Part shown: piece by piece, positions 56,289-64,000 of the stretch
How positions within the stretch are numbered: position 1 is the first letter of the stretch
Layout of the letters: each line of letters opens with the position of its first letter
Source: an uncultured virus (IMG/VR IMGVR_UViG_3300042397_001422)
Lineage: Duplodnaviria; Heunggongvirae; Uroviricota; Caudoviricetes
Reading direction: 5' to 3' (one strand)
Virus record (IMG/VR): IMGVR_UViG_3300042397_001422
Length of the DNA stretch: 64,000 nucleotides
Made by a program: the position numbers and the translations under genes
The notes under the pieces: generated by a model
Told to the model about the DNA's origin: nothing
What the model saw: the letters and a program-made list of their open reading frames with translations, nothing else
The model's database searches: none

Positions 56289-56867
56289 ATGAAAAGTAAG
56301 AAAATCGCAATCGTAGTAAATGGAGTTAAAGTTGAGTTACCTGCAGAGGTCATCAGAATGAGAAATGATGGTGTTACCCCCTATATCTATGGTAGTCCAG
56401 TAATCGCCGGTAAGATAGTTAAATCATATACCAAGTCCAAATACCCTAACATCCTGATATGGTGTAAATCATCATCCTTCGCTAATGGTAACTCATTAGA
56501 TGTGGATATGTGTATGCCAGACGGGTCTGAAGTTGAAGTGAGTATCTACGCTGATATCAGAACCATCGCCAACTCATTTGAGTATGGTAAGTTTAATGGT
56601 TGGACAGATTGTTACGATTCATACGAAGTAAGTGGTATGAAGACTGAGAATGGTACTGAAATCGAGGCAGGTGTGAAATATGTTCATGTTGGTAATAAGG
56701 CGCCTTTCGGAACATATCCTGATGTGATTCGTATGTTGACCGATATGATTGCCGGTAAGTACGTTTGGGGACCGATATCCTTAGAGAAGGCGATTGAGAA
56801 GGTTAAGAGTTACAAAGTAACCGATGCCACTATCGAGAAAGCCTTACCTTACTTAAAGGTTGCGTAA
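56289..56867 (+). CDS. LPD29-like domain protein
   Basis: KYP..S.SFANGNSLDV..FEYGKFNGWTDCY. Confidence 0.5.
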   Translation: MKSKKIAIVVNGVKVELPAEVIRMRNDGVTPYIYGSPVIAGKIVKSYTKSKYPNILIWCKSSSFANGNSLDVDMCMPDGSEVEVSIYADIRTIANSFEYGKFNGWTDCYDSYEVSGMKTENGTEIEAGVKYVHVGNKAPFGTYPDVIRMLTDMIAGKYVWGPISLEKAIEKVKSYKVTDATIEKALPYLKVA

Positions 56868-56875
56868 CACTAATA

Positions 56876-57223
56876 ATGAAAATGACTCAAATTATAAAAC
56901 ATAAACCCAATAGTATGAACGGATTAAAAGAATTAGAAGCTGGTATATGGAAGTATAAGAACGTAAAGATACTCTATACACCATCAGAGAAGTACCCCGA
57001 TATGGTCTACATCGAGAAGGGACCAGCAAAAATGAAATCTATTATAGATAGGAGATACATCACCTTAGAGAAAGCAATCATCGCAGTAGATGTGCAAGGA
57101 GCAGAGAATCTGATAAGAGGAGGAAAGAGGGAAGCGATTCGCGAACTGGAAGAGTTAGGTCTCTCAAGTTCTATGACTCCGGAGGAAGTAGCGGAGAATC
57201 CACAAGTAGACCTCTTAGGCTAA
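56876..57223 (+). CDS. hypothetical protein
   Basis: ORF in cassette. Confidence 0.6.
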   Translation: MKMTQIIKHKPNSMNGLKELEAGIWKYKNVKILYTPSEKYPDMVYIEKGPAKMKSIIDRRYITLEKAIIAVDVQGAENLIRGGKREAIRELEELGLSSSMTPEEVAENPQVDLLG

Positions 57224-57435
57224 GTATGTAACAATATGTATCACACTGCACTAGGAGGGAGGGGAGCTGTAGCTTACCCCGCCCCTTGAGGTTTCTTGTA
57301 ACTCAAGAAAAGGCGAAGAGGCCCGAAGGGGCTCGGATACGTTTTTTTATCGAGGCGAGCTTTTTCACTCTAGGAAAAAATAGGCTGGTTACCCCTATGG
57401 GGTGATATAGTATATCAAAGAATAAATGAGTCAAT

Positions 57436-57822
57436 ATGAGTATGAATACAGCAAATACATTAGGAATTATTAAAAAGGTAATGAGTAGTGGAAATACAAT
57501 ACCAATAGTAACAGTTACTAGTGGTCCAACCGGAACACGTACTCCAAACGGAAACTACCGATTAACCGAACGCCATAAGGCAGGTATTGAAAAGATGATT
57601 TGGCATTTTGATTCCTTACATAACTTTGGCAAGGCGTTCGAAGTCCATATTGGGTTTCGAGAAGATGGTCATACACCCCATTTGATTACCCTAAATGGTT
57701 CAGCGATTGTCAAACATTTAGGGGGAGTCTTAGATTTCGAGGTCTATGGGGAAGATGGTAGGGATATCCTTAATGGGATTCGGGAGTGTTATTCCAATGA
57801 TAGGCTTCAAATGGGAAGTTAA
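57436..57822 (+). CDS. hypothetical protein
   Basis: ORF. Confidence 0.55.
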   Translation: MSMNTANTLGIIKKVMSSGNTIPIVTVTSGPTGTRTPNGNYRLTERHKAGIEKMIWHFDSLHNFGKAFEVHIGFREDGHTPHLITLNGSAIVKHLGGVLDFEVYGEDGRDILNGIRECYSNDRLQMGS

Positions 57823-57844
57823 GGGTGGGTACTTCTTTTTTAGA

Positions 57845-57876
57845 TTTGGAAATATGGAATACTTTTCGTATCTTTG
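57845..57876 (+). promoter_or_regulatory. Bacteroidota-type promoter (consensus match)
   Basis: TTTG-N20-TATCTTTG. Confidence 0.8.
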
Positions 57877-57894
57877 GTATAAATAATTAATAAT

Positions 57895-58110
57895 ATGAGT
57901 AACGAAATAACAAATGAAAGTGGTATCATTAAGATAGAAGTCACAAAGGATGGTAAAGTAGTAACGGCACAAATGTATGTAGACCACTACTTAGAACATA
58001 CAAAAACCAATAGTGGAATAGGTGATTCAATGATACAAAGTGTCCTAAGTGAATTAGATATCCATTATGTATTACCGACAAACGAAACAATAAATAGGAA
58101 TACGATATGA
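57895..58110 (+). CDS. hypothetical protein
   Basis: ORF directly after promoter. Confidence 0.6.
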   Translation: MSNEITNESGIIKIEVTKDGKVVTAQMYVDHYLEHTKTNSGIGDSMIQSVLSELDIHYVLPTNETINRNTI

Positions 58111-58445
58111 TAGGTTTAAGAGAGTTGAGATTGGAGGTACTGAGATTAATAGATATGTATCCCAAACAGGCAGATGAGTTAAGGGATTTATATCACCTTG
58201 CTGTATCTGAGATTGAGGAGGGTGGTTCGGAGAGTAATGAGTGTTCTCTTGCTTGGAGGGATATGTTGGAGTTGGTAGGTGAGTAAGTGGGTAGAGAGGA
58301 GTATTAGTATTATAGGTTTCCTTATAGGGGTTGTCTTAGGTATACTCTTTGTCTTATGGGGATTGAGTAATTACTTAGTTCTTATCCTTACTACTATGGG
58401 TAAGTGAGTCATTAGTATCATTAGTGTTACGCAAAACGAATTGGT

Positions 58446-58703
58446 ATGAAACATGAAGTATTAAAACCAATACAAAAGGAATGGTTGGGTTGGTTGATAA
58501 AAGATGAATGGGATTGGATGATTCGAACTAAGGTTCAGGCGAGTAACCATCGCCAACAATTAGCTTGGACTTATACGTCGGGAGTATATGATGCATCCAC
58601 CAAAGGGCTTCTTACTTATATCTTAGAAGAGTTTAATGAGGATTCACAAGTTAAACATCGATGGTATCTTAAAAAGGAATGGGATAAAGCAAATGTAATA
58701 TGA
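58446..58703 (+). CDS. hypothetical protein
   Basis: ORF overlapping clpS start. Confidence 0.55.
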   Translation: MKHEVLKPIQKEWLGWLIKDEWDWMIRTKVQASNHRQQLAWTYTSGVYDASTKGLLTYILEEFNEDSQVKHRWYLKKEWDKANVI

Positions 58704-58969
58704 TTGAATTAGATGAAATAGAATTAGATGAAGTAGTTGGTACGGGATTAGAATCTAACCTCATTATTTGGAACGATGATTATAATACCTTTGAATGGGT
58801 TATCCTGTGTCTTATTAAGTTATTAGGACATGAGGCGACACAAGCGGAACAATGTGCAATGATTATTCACAATACCGGCAAGTGTTCCGTAAAGAGGGGT
58901 TCATATGAGGATTTGGTTAAATACAAAGATGCCTTAGTATTGAGGGGATTAAATGTAACGATTGAATAA
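58700..58969 (+). CDS. clpS: Clp protease adaptor ClpS
   Basis: NDDYNTFEWVI..QAEQCAMIIH..GK. Confidence 0.85.
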   Translation: MIELDEIELDEVVGTGLESNLIIWNDDYNTFEWVILCLIKLLGHEATQAEQCAMIIHNTGKCSVKRGSYEDLVKYKDALVLRGLNVTIE

Positions 58970-59283
58970 TGAGTAGGAAAATCCGGTTAGACGACCCCAA
59001 TAAGCTAACAGCTAGACATATACTACTTGATGGTAGTAGTGTACAAATTGCGTATAGGGGTGAGAATACTGAATACTACCTATACCATATAGCGTGGTCA
59101 CATAGTACTGATTACAATGAGATAATGATATATAAGGATTACACCAATAGAAGGGGTGTCCTAATTTCGTTTGAGGATAGAAAGAAGAAATCAAATACGA
59201 ATCAACTCATTACGATTCCGAATTTAAAGGATAGGGATAAATTATTAAGTAAGATGATATCATTTCAGAAATCAGCAGTATAA
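58969..59283 (+). CDS. hypothetical protein
   Basis: TAATG coupling on both sides. Confidence 0.6.
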   Translation: MSRKIRLDDPNKLTARHILLDGSSVQIAYRGENTEYYLYHIAWSHSTDYNEIMIYKDYTNRRGVLISFEDRKKKSNTNQLITIPNLKDRDKLLSKMISFQKSAV

Positions 59284-60449
59284 TGGAAATGGATTTTTGG
59301 TATACCGATATAATGGAAGGTTCTGGTGTTAGGGAGATGCTTGAACGAATGGATATAGGTATTCGTTTTAAGAATGTGAATACTGATATCATAGACCCGA
59401 GCAAACTAAACTTCTTAGTCTTTGTATGGGAAACCAGTCCCAAGCTTCCATATACAACCAATACTATATCAGATGAGTTCCTAAACCTATTGGATAGGAT
59501 ACAACATCAGAACTTTTACTTTATGGGGGATTTCTCTAGAGAGACACATCAGAGGGTAGATAAATTGAGTGTATCCTTTTTGAATGCGTTAAAATTAAAG
59601 GGAATTGATATCAATCGCTTGATTGTTGTAAAGAATGATTCCTCTAGAATTGGGGTACATAAAATACGATATGATAATTACGCATTGAATACTTTCTTTT
59701 TCCCACATTTTTTCTTATCAACCTATAATCATATGAAGGAGTATATTGGAGAGGTTGGTATTAACACTACCATCCAACCGGATAAGGAGTTCTTATGTTT
59801 AAACCGAAGGATGTATCATCACAAATACCGAATCATAGAAGAGTTGTTTAATAGGGGATTGTTGGGAGATACTCGTTTCACGTGGGTAGATAACTTTGTA
59901 CCCCCTAATAAGATAAGTAAGAAACTAATATCAGAACTGAATATAAACATAGATGAGTTTGATGGTATCCAATTGGAAGGGGATGTAATGTATGGTAGTA
60001 AGTTATCATACCACGATGAATTCCTATTCACCATAAACCCAGAATGGTATTACCGAAGTAAAGTAGATATCGTAACGGAAACGATATTAGATGAAGATGC
60101 AATACACCTAACGGAAAAAACATTTAAGGCAATATACTTAGGAAGACCATTTGTTATATCAGCATCTAAAGGACACCTCAAAGCCCTAAGGGAGATGGGG
60201 TTCAAAACATTCGATTCCATAATCAATGAGGATTATGATGATATGAGTGGTGGAGATAAAATAACTAAAATTATAGATAGTGCCGTAGAATTAGCAAGAG
60301 TGTGGGATTCACCGGAGGTGGTATCCATCTGCAGACATAATCAGGAGTTATACTTTAATTCAGAGTATCGTAAACAAATATGTAAAGACCTTTTCATAGA
60401 TAGGCTTTATGAGATTGGTAATATAACTAAACCTAAAAGTTTAATCTAA
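59283..60449 (+). CDS. glycosyltransferase-like protein (TEK-motif family)
   Basis: FLCLNRR..HK, IVTET..LTEKTFK..LREMGFKTFD..EDYD. Confidence 0.55.
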   Translation: MEMDFWYTDIMEGSGVREMLERMDIGIRFKNVNTDIIDPSKLNFLVFVWETSPKLPYTTNTISDEFLNLLDRIQHQNFYFMGDFSRETHQRVDKLSVSFLNALKLKGIDINRLIVVKNDSSRIGVHKIRYDNYALNTFFFPHFFLSTYNHMKEYIGEVGINTTIQPDKEFLCLNRRMYHHKYRIIEELFNRGLLGDTRFTWVDNFVPPNKISKKLISELNINIDEFDGIQLEGDVMYGSKLSYHDEFLFTINPEWYYRSKVDIVTETILDEDAIHLTEKTFKAIYLGRPFVISASKGHLKALREMGFKTFDSIINEDYDDMSGGDKITKIIDSAVELARVWDSPEVVSICRHNQELYFNSEYRKQICKDLFIDRLYEIGNITKPKSLI

Positions 60450-60853
60450 TGGGAGTAAAAATAAAAGGGTGGGAGAAATTGAGTGGTATTACATATAGAG
60501 GTTATTGTATAGTTAACCCAATACACAATGCGTATGAAACGGAATACCTTGCGGATGTATTGAATCTAAACTTACCACAAAAACCAAAGTGGGAATTATC
60601 CTTACATATCAACAATCCAAACCCACATGAGCATATCATTTGGTTGGGCAATCCTAAAAATAAACTACATACTCAAATACAAGTCCAAACCGATGCGATT
60701 CGGACAATAACTGGGTTCAGACAAAATTGGGAATTATTGGTAGATAGATTGATAGATTTAGAAAACCTATCGGCACCAATATCATCATCATTCTCTATAT
60801 CAGCACAACTATATAATATGATAAACAGCCTACCTCACTGGATGAGGAAATAG
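60449..60853 (+). CDS. hypothetical protein
   Basis: TAATG coupling. Confidence 0.6.
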   Translation: MGVKIKGWEKLSGITYRGYCIVNPIHNAYETEYLADVLNLNLPQKPKWELSLHINNPNPHEHIIWLGNPKNKLHTQIQVQTDAIRTITGFRQNWELLVDRLIDLENLSAPISSSFSISAQLYNMINSLPHWMRK

Positions 60854-60874
60854 AAGAACTACAAAAACGATAAT

Positions 60875-61144
60875 ATGGAAATACTGGGTTACTTAGGGGC
60901 AATATTCTTAGGAGTATGTGCGTTCCCTGAAATGATAAGAACAATTAAAGATGGGAGGTGCCACTTAGGTTGGCCGTTCCTTATGATGTGGTATTTGGGT
61001 GAAGTGTTTATGTTTATATACATTATACCATTAAGAGATATGCCACTCCTTTTTAACTACGCATTCAATATCCTAATACTGAGTGTAATGGTTGTATATA
61101 AAATAAAACAATATGTTAACAATACGAAACATAGAAAAAATTAA
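60875..61144 (+). CDS. PQ-loop/SemiSWEET-like 3-TM protein
   Basis: LGYLG..AFPEMIRTIK; three TMs; P.L.NY..N. Confidence 0.7.
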   Translation: MEILGYLGAIFLGVCAFPEMIRTIKDGRCHLGWPFLMMWYLGEVFMFIYIIPLRDMPLLFNYAFNILILSVMVVYKIKQYVNNTKHRKN

Positions 61145-61469
61145 TAACACCCATATAATAGGAACTGATTATCATATCACGAGGGTTACTACCCCCATAC
61201 CGGAATCCTATCATATGGCCATTAAATCGGATACCTATAACCATTATATGAGGTTGGTATTAAATAGGGTATTAGAACATAATTTCGTTGGTGAATTCTA
61301 TACCTTACAATTGATGGATGATACCACCGGCCCTAATGCAGTATTCCCACCTATGACATACCCAACATTTGGGTTTAGTCCTAAAAATATGAAAACCCCT
61401 AATGAGTTTATGAAGTCCATAGAGGATTACTTTAAGCATCTAATAGATGAGAACTACTTAAAAACTTAA
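61113..61469 (+). CDS. hypothetical protein
   Basis: ORF; N-terminus resembles 60449. Confidence 0.55.
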   Translation: MLTIRNIEKINNTHIIGTDYHITRVTTPIPESYHMAIKSDTYNHYMRLVLNRVLEHNFVGEFYTLQLMDDTTGPNAVFPPMTYPTFGFSPKNMKTPNEFMKSIEDYFKHLIDENYLKT

Positions 61470-61475
61470 AATAAA

Positions 61476-61512
61476 TTTGGAAATACGGATTTTTATTCGT
61501 ATCTTAGCTTTA
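61476..61512 (+). promoter_or_regulatory. phage-variant promoter, ~40-nt identical to the 55387 copy
   Basis: AAATTTGGAAATACGGATTTTTATTCGTATCTTAGCTTTA. Confidence 0.75.
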
Positions 61513-61525
61513 AATAATAACCACT

Positions 61526-61720
61526 ATGTCAATAGATATTATAACAGGAACAAAGACGTATGACGAGTTTGTTGAAGTATTTGAAAGGAAGAGGTCGGAT
61601 TTCATGCACATAGCACAATCCCCATTTATAAGACAATCTATATTTATGGCAAAACCCATATCCAAAGAAGATTGGGAGATGTTAAGGGATGTAACCAAAC
61701 CAAAACCAAAAAAGAAATAA
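61526..61720 (+). CDS. hypothetical protein
   Basis: ORF after promoter. Confidence 0.55.
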   Translation: MSIDIITGTKTYDEFVEVFERKRSDFMHIAQSPFIRQSIFMAKPISKEDWEMLRDVTKPKPKKK

Positions 61721-61907
61721 TGGAACGTGCAGACTTATTAACAGGTATCACCTTAGTATCCTTTGGATTAGTTATGTGGGCATTAGTTCTATGGGAGAAG
61801 TACTTTCCCGATGATGATAAAAGATTCCCGCGTAAGAGAAACGAACAACTACATAAGTGGTTCGAAGAACAAAGAAAAAAAATTAAACCTTAAACGACGT
61901 TGCGTAT

Positions 61908-62522
61908 ATGAACCCCACAAGCATTACTACTCCTACACTACATAGTATACTAAGTAGTACACTACAATACCCTACACCTACCTATACCCCAGCACGGAGT
62001 ACTAGAAAGGAGTTAGCGAGTATAGAACCCTATTACATATCATATGCTGAACTGACACCGGAATATACTACGGGTCTATTAAGGCTTCGTGATTGGGTTA
62101 TGGGGAATACCCGATACACGACTGAAGACCGTTTCGTTATCTGGCGTGAATTAGATATGATAATCACTGCCGGTAAGTATTGGAACACTTATTCGGACTT
62201 CCTTAATAGGGTTCGGGCGGATTACTATCGGATAACTGGTGGTGAGAAACTAGTGAAGGGCGAATGGGGATGGGTGGGGCAAGAGCTACTGGACTTTGTG
62301 GAATGTAATGCGGGTGGCGTATTGGGGAATGGGGTTCGATTTACTGATATGCAGAACTACTATCAATTGAAAATAAGAGGTTTTAGCGACAAAGAAAGGG
62401 GAGGTTCATTTATACATCACCTACATAATTTGAAGCGACAAGACCCAAATCGAAGATGTGGTAGATATTTAGTAAAGGGGACTGATGGATTATGGAGAGT
62501 AAATTATTGTTCAACAATATAA
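61908..62522 (+). CDS. hypothetical protein
   Basis: ORF of 204 aa. Confidence 0.6.
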   Translation: MNPTSITTPTLHSILSSTLQYPTPTYTPARSTRKELASIEPYYISYAELTPEYTTGLLRLRDWVMGNTRYTTEDRFVIWRELDMIITAGKYWNTYSDFLNRVRADYYRITGGEKLVKGEWGWVGQELLDFVECNAGGVLGNGVRFTDMQNYYQLKIRGFSDKERGGSFIHHLHNLKRQDPNRRCGRYLVKGTDGLWRVNYCSTI

Positions 62523-62669
62523 GAAGATGGAAACGGAAATAATAATAATGGTAGTATGGTTTAGTGGAGTTATAGGATTTACCTATATGATGGTAAAGAT
62601 GGGTAACACCATTGGGGATAACAACGAGGCCGATTGGGATTTAGATGAAAACAATTAAAAACAAATAAT

Positions 62670-63329
62670 ATGAATAACAAAAGTATAACGGACTTTATAA
62701 AGCCCACAATCATTACGGCACAACAATATGGTACAAGGGTATCGGTTGAGATAGACCATAGTGATACCGATTTAGATGAATTGATGGAGGCCTTTCAAAC
62801 CCTCATTGTAGGATTGGGATATCACCAAACAGCATTTAAAAATTGGGTATACGATGCGGCAGATGAGTATAGGGAAACTGATACCGAAGATTTAAAAAAA
62901 GCATTAAATGATTGGAAGGAAGATGATGTTGCCGAGGTTGTCTTTCATAGAGATGTAAAGGAATCGGTTAGAACTCGTCTGACAGAAATGATGGAAGATG
63001 ATGAGCAGTTAGGATTATATGATGCTGCATTCGCCGAACATAATGCACACGAAGAGGGGTTTGATATAGAATCCAATAATGGTGGGTTCGATGGTAACCC
63101 CCATAAACAAGATACCGGTGCTGTATTCTTTACGGTCCCTGTAAACTTTTATACTGATGATAAGGGTGATAAGGTTTATGATTACGAAGGAATGGCCGAT
63201 GAATTCGAAGAACAACTATCTAAATTAGATACAAGTGCAGTAGTAATGGTTTCGGTAGAAACCCAACCGCTAAATAAGGAATTAATAAAGGCAACAAAGA
63301 AATATAAAAAGAAACTTAAAACACAATAG
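62670..63329 (+). CDS. acidic hypothetical protein
   Basis: ORF of 219 aa. Confidence 0.6.
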   Translation: MNNKSITDFIKPTIITAQQYGTRVSVEIDHSDTDLDELMEAFQTLIVGLGYHQTAFKNWVYDAADEYRETDTEDLKKALNDWKEDDVAEVVFHRDVKESVRTRLTEMMEDDEQLGLYDAAFAEHNAHEEGFDIESNNGGFDGNPHKQDTGAVFFTVPVNFYTDDKGDKVYDYEGMADEFEEQLSKLDTSAVVMVSVETQPLNKELIKATKKYKKKLKTQ

Positions 63330-63332
63330 ATT

Positions 63333-63677
63333 ATGGCTTGGGATGATATGTTTAATTCAGATGAACACGAAACTAATGAATGGGTAACCGGAGATAAAAA
63401 CTTTGAAGCTCTTAATTCCCTACGCGATAAGTTATTCGAACATTCTATTCATATGTTAATGGATACGAGATTCAGAACTGAGTTGATGTCCGATACCTCA
63501 ATATCAATGGAGGAAAAGATATCAGATATAACTGAAATGTTAGAATGGGCAACGGAGGTGGAATGGTATGAGGAGTGTGCGGTATTGTATAAAATGATTA
63601 AACAAATTAAGGAATCACCCTATTCATATGAACCAACTGAAAGGAGTAAATTCGAATCAAGTATAAACTTTAACTAA
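63333..63677 (+). CDS. hypothetical protein with UVR-like motif
   Basis: EWYEECAVL. Confidence 0.55.
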   Translation: MAWDDMFNSDEHETNEWVTGDKNFEALNSLRDKLFEHSIHMLMDTRFRTELMSDTSISMEEKISDITEMLEWATEVEWYEECAVLYKMIKQIKESPYSYEPTERSKFESSINFN

Positions 63678-64000
63678 TGAATAATGTAGTAACCAAACCA
63701 ACTGCCTTAAATCACGATGATACTTACGATAGAATTGTTGCTAAGGCGTTTTTAGAAGATAGGGGTTGGTATGGTATTGAGTATGGTGGATATTGGGATT
63801 TAGATTTAATTGCTCCACAATATAAAAGAGGATGTGATGTTGAGATGAATAAATACAATCACTACGAACAATTTAAATCAGAGGGTATATTCAGATTACC
63901 TGCACGTAAGATACGTTATTGGAATGATACAGGTGATTACGGAGATTGGAAAGTAGATTATATTCAATTTAGTGATAACTCTACAACTGAGTTATTGTGG
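63677..64000 (+). CDS. hypothetical protein (partial, runs off window)
   Basis: TAATG-coupled ATG; open to window end. Confidence 0.55.
   Translation, partial: MNNVVTKPTALNHDDTYDRIVAKAFLEDRGWYGIEYGGYWDLDLIAPQYKRGCDVEMNKYNHYEQFKSEGIFRLPARKIRYWNDTGDYGDWKVDYIQFSDNSTTELLW

Noticed and set aside
292..63215. All minus-strand ORFs in the track
   Set aside because: They are short, lie antisense to convincing + strand genes and have no recognisable motifs; treated as shadow ORFs
1..64000. Bacterial chromosome origin, or stop-codon recoding
   Set aside because: Single-strand ORFan-rich layout with endolysin and tail collar argues for phage; standard-code ORFs tile densely and TAA, TAG and TGA all end genes

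Overview
This is a 64 kb AT-rich fragment with nearly all genes on the + strand, most likely from a large (jumbo-type) tailed phage of a Bacteroidota host. Phage origin is inferred from the tail-collar protein, PG-binding GH19 endolysin, MoxR/VWA pair, many short ORFans and lack of ordinary housekeeping operons; no capsid, terminase or polymerase gene lies in the window. The host is inferred from 16 promoters with Bacteroidota sigma-A geometry (TTTG-N20-TAnnTT[T/A][G/A]), SD-less A-rich leaders and Bacteroidota-type lipoproteins. 1-30 kb: outer-membrane genes (TonB-dependent receptor, beta-helix lipoprotein, CsgG-like, barrels), a PlcP-like phospholipase C next to a GT2, candidate head-internal proteins, lysis genes, APS kinase, amidinotransferase, ferredoxins, IscU and a DNA methyltransferase. 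39-51 kb: a glycan-modification cluster (sugar kinase, 2OG oxygenase, aminotransferase, many SGNH-like paralogs, three sulfotransferase-like paralogs). 51.5-64 kb: a largely non-coding segment with DnaA boxes and structured elements, then promoter-headed cassettes of small early-type genes. Best leads: a phosphate-scavenging/lipid-remodelling island, a sulfated-glycan pathway, a standalone ~215-nt structured RNA, an anticodon-less mini-tRNA, and a repeated palindrome-plus-promoter cassette. All calls are by eye; no database search or folding program was run.
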